A stretch of DNA of 64,000 bases, taken from the human T2T-CHM13v2.0 reference genome, Homo sapiens. Shown here one piece after another: positions 54,902-64,000 of the stretch (its first letter is position 1; each line of letters opens with the position of its first letter). The position numbers and the translations under genes were made by a program. Location of the stretch: assembly GCF_009914755.1 (NCBI RefSeq), contig NC_060937.1; one strand, 5' to 3'. The notes under the pieces are model-generated. The model had not been told where the DNA came from. It saw only the letters and a program-made list of their open reading frames with translations, and made no database searches.

Positions 54902-56344
54902 TGTGTCCGGAATTGGTGGGTTCTTGGTCTCAGTCACTTCAAGAATGAAGCCACAGACCCTCACGGTGAGTGTTACAGTTCTTAAAGGCAGCGTGTCTGG
55001 AGTTTGTTCTTTCTGACGTTCGGATGTGTTCGGAGTTTCTTCCTTCTGCTGGGTTCGCGGTCTCACTGGCTAAGGAGTAAAGCTGCAGACCTTCACGGTG
55101 AGTGTTACAGCTCTTAAAGCGGCGCGTCTGGAGTTGTTCGTTCCTCCTGCTGGGTTCGTGGTCTCGCTGGCTTCAGGAGTGAAGCTGCAGACCTTCGCAG
55201 TGAGTGTTACACCTCATAAAGGCAGTGTGGACCCAAAGAGTGAGCCACAGCAAGATTTACTGCAAAGAGTGAAAGAACAAAGCTTCCACAGTGTGGAAGG
55301 GGACCCCAGCAGGTTGCCACTGTTGGCTCTGGCAGGCTGCTTTTATTCTCTTATCTGGCCCCACCAACATCCTGCTGATTGGTCCGTTTTGACAGGGTGC
55401 TGATTGGTGCATTTGCAATCCCTGAGCTAGACACAAAAGTTCTCCACATCTGCACTAGATTAGCTAGATAGAGAGTCTCCATTGGTGTATTTTACAAACC
55501 CTGAGCTGGACACAGAGTGCCGATTGGTGCATTCACGATCCCTTAGCTAGACATAAAGGTTCTCCAAGTCCCCACCAGGTTAACTAGATACAGAGTGTGG
55601 ATTGGTGCATTCACAAACCCTGAGCTAGACACAGGATGCTGATTGGTGCATTTACAAACCTTGAGCTAGATAGAGTGCTGATTGGTGTATTTACAATCCC
55701 TTAGCTAGACATAAAGATTCTCCAAGTCCCCACCAGACTCAGGTGCCCAGCTGGCTTCACCTAGTGGATCCCGCACCAGCCCTGCAGGTGGAGCTGCCTG
55801 CCAGTCCCGCACCGTGCGCCCGCACTCTTCAGCCCTTGGGTGGTCGATGGGACTGGCCGCCGTGGAGCAGGGGGCGGCGCTCGTCGGGTAGGCTGGGGCT
55901 GCGCAGGAGCCCACGGCGGGTGGGTGGGGGGAGGCTCCCACATGGCGGGCTGCAGGTCCCGAGGCCAGCCCCGCGGGGAGGCAGCTAAGGCCCGGGCGAG
56001 AAATCTAGCAAAGCAGCTGCTGGCCCAGGTGCTAAGCCCCTCACTGCCTGGGGCGGCGGGGTCGGCCGGCCTCTCCGAGTGCGGGCCTGCGAGCCCACGC
56101 CCACCCGGAACTCGCACTGGCCCGCAAGCGCCGCGCGCAGCCCCGGTTCCCGCCCGCGCCTCTCCCTCCACACCTCCCAGCAAGTTAAGGGAGCCCAGCA
56201 AGGCTCCGGCCTTGGCCAGCCCAGAAAGGGACTCCCACAGTGCAGTGCCGGGCTGAAGGGCTCCTCAAGCGCGGCCAGAATGGGCCCCGAGGCCCAGGTG
56301 GTGCCAAGAGAGAGCGACGGCCGCCAGCATGCTGTTACCTCTCA
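54902..56344 (-). mobile_element. Full-length LTR12 (LTR12C-like, ERV9) solo LTR
   Basis: Ends tgtgtccggaattggtggg... and ...gctgttacctctca; 4-bp TSD TTAG at 54898-54901 and 56345-56348; typical repeat blocks and GC-rich 5' part. Confidence 0.97.
55341..55690 (-). promoter_or_regulatory. LTR12 U3 enhancer/promoter: tandem CCAAT (NF-Y) boxes, GATA site, AATAAA-type TATA box
   Basis: Seven ATTGG motifs between 55378 and 55685, ttatct at 55351-55356, ttttatt at 55341-55347; promoter role is from known ERV9 LTR architecture, not shown here. Confidence 0.75.
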
Positions 56345-56596
56345 TTAGGATACTTAGAAAGTTTTCTCTAGGTAAGTGAGTTTTACATTCTGCTTACTTG
56401 CTCATAGTTCTTTAAATATTGCCATTTCTGCTCAAAACCACCATTATAAACAGATAACAATAAATGTCTTGCTATTAGGCCCTGTGTTTACATCGTTATA
56501 GCTCCTTCCATCTGCCTACTACCCATCAAAGGCTTCTCATTTTATTTAGAGTCAACTCCAAATCCCTTGTCGTAGCTCAGAAGACTCTGTATCATT

Positions 56597-56846
56597 GTGA
56601 TGATTTGTTTTATGTGTCAACTTAGCTAGGCTATAGTACTTAGTTATTTAGTTGAACACTAATATAGATATTGCAGTGATATCATTTAATAAATGGGGCT
56701 AATATCTGAGATAAATCTCTTTATATGCACACATACGTACATATACACACACATACGTGACCATACTTTTCATTCACTCACATGCACATTCACTTACATG
56801 CACATGTTCTATTGGTTCTGTTCTCTGGAGAACCCTGACTGACACA
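56597..56846 (+). mobile_element. MLT2 (MLT2D-like) LTR with internal deletion
   Basis: tgtgatgatttgttttatgtgtcaacttagctaggctatagtac ... ctattggttctgttctctggagaaccctgactgacaca. Confidence 0.88.
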
Positions 56847-59011
56847 ATGGTCCATCTCTGCTATCTCAACAGCCTCATTTCCCATGAGTAAATCTTCCCT
56901 ACTGAGACTACTCTAGGTGCAGTTTTCTTGGGTTTAACATTTTTGAATCAAGCTCGTGGTTTGTTTTTTTCTGGTGCTCAGTATCTTAATTTGGCCATTA
57001 TCTTACTACATTTCTTCACCTGTTTTAGGATTCTATTTTCTTTCCTAAAAACTGTCAGCCAAAAACCTTACTGCATGTGGAATGTACTTCTCATGATACG
57101 GAATTAGAAATTTCAGATTTTCTTTCTGTTTCATTAGTAACCTCATTTGCCATTCATATTTTATTTCAACATTTTCTTTTAGATTGCTGGTGACATATAT
57201 ATTTTCCTCGGGGCAAAAATACAAAAGATTTGGGGAATAAATCACATTTTTGAAGCAAAGTTCCTCAAAAATATTATCTATTACCTCAATTGCCTTTTTA
57301 TCTCCTTGTGTGTACATGTGTATCTATGTATCTATCTCTATTGTGCGCACATTATTTTTAAAAATAACGGTGATCTAATTGAGAAAAGAAATGTTGGCAC
57401 AGCCTGGCCATGGATTCTACTCATTCTTGTTTAATCTAGTTTACATTATGAGATGGGTGAGGTGGAAGTATTCAGATTTCTGACATCTAGTTTTCACATA
57501 TCCTGGCAGAGCATTTCATTCAAGTAACTATAACGATTCAAAGTTAACACTTACATTCATACATAATATCTGTCATACTTAGTAATGTTTTGCTTTGATC
57601 TTTGTCCTATTTTCCATTCTAAAAATATTTGATTTTCTTCCCAGACAAAGGGGAATTTCTCTAAATTATAGTGCTCTTTGAATTTTTTTTAATTCAACAG
57701 ATGGCTTACTTCATAAAACTATTTTCTTGCTAAAGCTAGCAATAATTTTTAAAAAATCATAAATGATTATAACTGAGTCTGTTCTCTCTTGTTCCCATTT
57801 CTTTCTAATTGCAAATCATTTTTCCTGAGAAATAGTATATTTACTCCTTAATAGCCTTTCTCCTGCTGTTTATTCTTTAGCTAAAGTCATAATCTCACAT
57901 TTGTGACATTATAATCATCTCTACAGTCACTAATTGTTCTAAAATGCTGCTTTAGGTGAAGGTATACAGCAGGGAGTCAGTAAGCTACGGAGAAAGTTTT
58001 CACCTGTGCACATTTCTTTGTGTAAGGAAGGGAACAATTATCAAATAGAGGTTGATTTCCTACAATTGCTTCAAGTTATGTTGTTTTTTTTTTTAAGTTT
58101 AAAAAATAGATCATGTTTCCTAAGTTAGTTACTTTTTAGTGCTAACTTATTATAATAGATTTTTAAATCACTTTACCTGGTGACCGAGTATAATTAATCG
58201 TTTTGCATTTATTTTGCTTTGTAGAATCCAACCTGTGTTTATACTGGCTCAAAGATATAAAAATCCCAATTATTTTCTAAAGATAATTTTTGGGATCATT
58301 TTGTGTGGGAAAATCTAGATGAAAATAAGTTATTAATTAAAATCTGTGAAAATAACTTGCACTTTGAAAGTAGAATTATATTTGAAGAAAATCACTTATA
58401 AAATGTTGGATTCCTTTTTGGTTCTGTCTCTGCATAATGATACGTTTATATTAATTTATATTCATTTAATATAATTTAACATAAGTACAAATCTGACTCA
58501 AAAAATTAAATAATTTATATATGTATGTGTGTGTATACATATATATATGTAATTTAATGAAGACTTCATATATATATTTAATGAGGATTTCCTTAAAGGG
58601 TATTCATGAACTTTTGTTTAACACACTTCTCAGAAAGCTTCTGAGATTTCTTCTGTAGACACTCTTTCCTCTTTCCAAATCTCACAATTACAGAGGCATT
58701 TATCATTCTTTCCCACTCTCCTATCAGTGTGCTTTTCTTTGAGTAACACATCTCTCCTCCTTCACCCTTTCACTTATCTTCCAATATCATAATGACTGCT
58801 CACATACTAAGACTGAGTTCTTCCCTATTGTCTAAACTAAATGAGCCAGAGGCAAATTGTTCTATTATCTTGTTTCCCTCCATGTGCATATCTTGTAAGT
58901 GTGATATTTTCTTGCATTACCTTCCTTATAAAAACACTCATGGAATATTTCTGATGCGTAATTGTTGCCCATTTTATAAGGATCATAATTTCTTCCTCAG
59001 TGCATTGCTAA

Positions 59012-59319
<308 letters not shown>

Positions 59320-60364
59320 AACAACATGTCATTTTATCAATGACTTACTTAGAATAGGATATTAATAAATGTTTACCTATCCATTAATAAATATCAATAC
59401 ATATTTATCAATTTAGGAAACTAATTTGATCCCCACCTTAATTCTACCTTTTTTTTGAACAATAACAAACCAATCTGGGAAGATAGTTTCACAAGGTAGC
59501 AAGGCACAGTGCCTTGTTCATTAGGTGCTAAAACATTAGATGTTTTCTTCTGTAGGAATTGCTTTCATTTCTATAAGTTGAAACATTTACCTGTTCAATG
59601 AAGCAAATAACTTTATTTATATCATATTTGTATTGAGGTTTTTGAACCTCATAAATTTAATTATTATAGATTGGATATTTAACGTTTGTGCAAGTTGTAT
59701 TTTTTTCTACATCTATGAATATTCTTTTAGAAGCTACTCTGGGGGACTATCCTTTAGTTCTCTTGTTTTAGACACTCTGAAAAAAACAAGACACTGCTGC
59801 AGTGGGAGGGCTCCCTTTAATTTGTTCTTGGTTGTTGTATGCCCTCAGAGATTCAAAATCACTTTTCGTTTTTAGCTTAGTGGAATTGAAAAGATTAACT
59901 CCAAGAGGGTCAAATCGTATGACCTTGGAAAGAGGATTTAATGGAGATATACTATTGATTGTTTCTGAGTATCACCTGCCTAAATTTTTGTAGCTAGCAA
60001 AAGATAAGTAGAACACTGAGAAATAGGCAAAACTTTTAGAGAAGTAGCTTTAATATTTCAGGTTATTTTTCCTGTTTTGAGAAGTGTATGTTTAATATCT
60101 CTTTACCACCTCTTGCAAGTAATAGTTTACCTGTTCATGCATAGCAAATTACCCCTCAGGTAGCCTAGAGAAATGCATAAACTCTTTAAATAAATGAAAA
60201 GCAGATTGCTTCTTGGAAGAGTAGGTACTACTTCTGGCTTTGCTACTTTCTCTTTTGCAACCTTGCTTATATTACCTAAAATTTACTAATGTATAATGAC
60301 AGAGTGGTACAATATGTGATCTTTAATATCTTTGTATATCTCTGTAAGAAGATCATTTATAACA

Positions 60365-61130
<766 letters not shown>

Positions 61131-61249
61131 CTCCATCCTTTGTACCATTTAATTCTTTTTTTTTTTTTTGCTTCTGGAGAAACTTAAAAGAATAGGCATA
61201 ACAGAATGAATTGCACTCCCTGTTGCTAAAGCTATTTCTAGTTTCAGGA

Positions 61250-61899
61250 CTATTACTAATCATCTCCATCCTGGAACACCCATTCAAAATGCTTCCCTCC
61301 CGTTATATATAGCACTTCTGCTGATCTAGGTACCCTGTCTGTTGGGATAAAGCAGACTTTCATTTCTGAATTGTCTGTATCCCTGGTTTAACATGCACAT
61401 ACCCAGCTGTGGTTGCTATATTTGTTCATTTATAATTAAAACTGAACCTGGAAGTACAAAAAGATACACCTTAGCACATGAAACTAAGTTCCAGGCATAC
61501 TCCCTTCCTATGCCATTGCAACAGCACTAACTTCTCATAAATGTATTTCCAATAATTCTGCCAGCTTGATATTTCTTTCATGCCTGTTGATCTACTGACT
61601 CAAAAAGCATCAAATAACCAAGTGAAAGCTGGGGTTTTAAGTTTGGAGGTACAATTAATGTGTTTTTTGGTGGTGTCTCTGCTCAGAAAACCAGGATTTC
61701 TAATCTCACAGAGCCAAAATGTTTGGGGATGGATTGTACAAAGTTACCATATGAGTCACAAGGAGTTCTGATAGATAGTGTCATTCCTATTTATATTCCT
61801 TAGTTCCCAGATCCATTCTACATATTGCACACACAGTACCAGATAATGAGTGGGCTTTAGTTTAAAATATAAAAGTATTCTGAAGGGTCGCTCACCATC
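61250..61899 (-). mobile_element. ERVL (HERV16-like) internal 3' relic
   Basis: Antisense ERVL pol 3'-like motifs next to the LTR16-like element (ttgttcatttataatta, catgcctgttgatctact, ccttagttcccagatcca). Confidence 0.5.
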
Positions 61900-62573
<674 letters not shown>

Positions 62574-62579
62574 TAGGCA

Positions 62580-63252
62580 TATATATTTGAAGGGAAAGAA
62601 ATCAGTATGTTGAAGAGATGCCTGCACTCTCATGTTCATTGTAGTATTATTCACAATAACCAAGGTATGGAATCACACTAAGCGTCCATCAACAGACAAA
62701 TGTATAAAGAAATTTTGTACATAATGGAACGCTTTTCACCTATAAAAAAAGGAATGAAATTATGTCATTTGCAGCAACATGCAAGAGCCTGGAGGACATT
62801 ATGGTAGGTGAAATAAACCAGGCACAGAAAAAAAAAAATACCACATGATATTGGGGAAGCTAAAAAAGTTGATGCCATGTAAGTAGAGAGTTTTGGGGGA
62901 TTAGGGAGTTGGGGATAGGGAAAGGTTTTCTAATGGATACAAAATTACAGCTAGATAGGAAGAATAACTTGTAGTGTTTTAAAACACTGTAGGGTAACTT
63001 TAGTTAAGAATAATTTATGGTATATTTCAAATAGCTATGAGATAAAATTTTGAATATTCTCAACACAAAGAAATTACAAATGTTTGAGGTGATGAGTAAG
63101 CTATTTGCCCTGATTTGATCATTACATACTGTATAAGTGAATTGAAATATCACTCTGTACCCCGTAAATATGTACAAGTATAATGTTATGCTTATACTTG
63201 TATGCATTATACAAGTATAATGTTATGCCAATTAAAAACAATAATAATTTTA
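62580..63252 (+). mobile_element. L1MA (approx. MA5-6) 3' region
   Basis: gaaatcagtatgttgaagagat, tgtcatttgcagcaacatg, ggatacaaaattacagctagatagga, ccctgatttgatcattaca. Confidence 0.9.
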
Positions 63253-63254
63253 AA

Positions 63255-63910
63255 GCAGAGAAAATACCAAGTATAGCTGAGGATGTAGAGAACACTGGTG
63301 AATGCTGAAGTTAATATACAATGGTGCAATGTTTATGAAAAACATGGCAGTTCCTCAAAAAATGAAACACAGACTTAACATATGATTTAGATTTTCACTT
63401 CTGGAAATATACACCCAAAAGAAAATAGAAACTCAAAAAGATAGTGTTAGTGTAACCATTTTCATAGCAACTTTATTTAAAATAGCTAAATGTTGGAAGC
63501 AACCCAAATGCCCATTGACACAGTTGAATGGTAAACAAAATGTGACCTGTACATACAATGGAATATTATTCAACTTTAAAAAGGAAGGAAACTCTGACGC
63601 ATGGTACAATATGGTGCAACACTGAAAACATTATTCCAACTGAAATAAGCCAATCACAAACAGATAAATATGGTATAATTCCACTTATATGAGATACCTA
63701 GTATAGTCTAATTTGTGATGACAGAAAATAGAATGGTTGTTGCTAAGACAGGGAGAAGGGGCAATGGGGAATTATTGTTTAATGGGGATCCAGTTCCAGC
63801 TTGGAAAGATACTAAAGTTCTAGAGCTGGATGGTAATAATGGTTGCATAACAATGTGAATATACTTGATCCCACTGAATTTAACAAATAAAAATTGTTAA
63901 TATGGTAAAA
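63255..63910 (+). mobile_element. L1MB 3' region
   Basis: ggcagttcctcaaaaaat, atacaatggaatattattca, aattccacttatatgagatacctag, aaagttctagagctggatggt. Confidence 0.88.
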
Positions 63911-64000
63911 AAAATCGTTTCACTATCTGGATGTCAGTCAGAGATGGCCAATGCACCTGATGGTCATGTGACTACTGTCTCACGTCCTCTTCTGCAAAAT

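Noticed and set aside
55370-55720. Regularly spaced ~40-bp repeats resembling a CRISPR-like array
   Set aside because: These are the standard LTR12 U3 tandem repeats; no unique spacers or cas genes, and the context is eukaryotic
54782-56348. Cluster of overlapping 60-146 aa ORFs
   Set aside because: All overlap the GC-rich LTR12, where stop codons are scarce; not genes
63170-63222. Resemblance to loxP (gtata-atgttatgct-tatac)
   Set aside because: The spacer is 10 nt rather than 8 and the outer arms do not match; explained by local duplication of L1 sequence

Overview
AT-rich, repeat-dense, gene-poor primate (human-like) genomic DNA. I see no intact protein-coding gene, RNA gene, CRISPR array or prokaryotic feature. 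The only gene-derived sequence is a processed RPL7L1 pseudogene (4799-6042, minus strand; poly(A) tail, 9-bp TSD, three in-frame stops, no frameshift). The rest is interspersed repeats: about 18 Alu elements or fragments, L1PA/L1MA/L1MB/L1MC/L1ME and L2/MIR relics, MaLR LTRs (THE1, MST, MLT1), ERV1-type LTRs (a full LTR12 solo LTR, LOR1, MER4, MER67, LTR9/MER61-like), degenerate ERVL internal regions and hAT MITEs (MER30, MER33). Subfamily names come from remembered consensus features and need RepeatMasker/Dfam confirmation. I cannot support a new multi-gene biological system. The best leads are: a direct+inverted triplication at 50.0-50.5 kb able to form a 52-bp stem; an LTR12 inserted on the AG of a candidate 23-nt micro-exon or recursive splice site; a chain of four mutually truncated elements at 10.4-11.6 kb; recurring templated micro-duplications and fold-backs; and five Alu tails whose microsatellite motif copies the start of their own target site.
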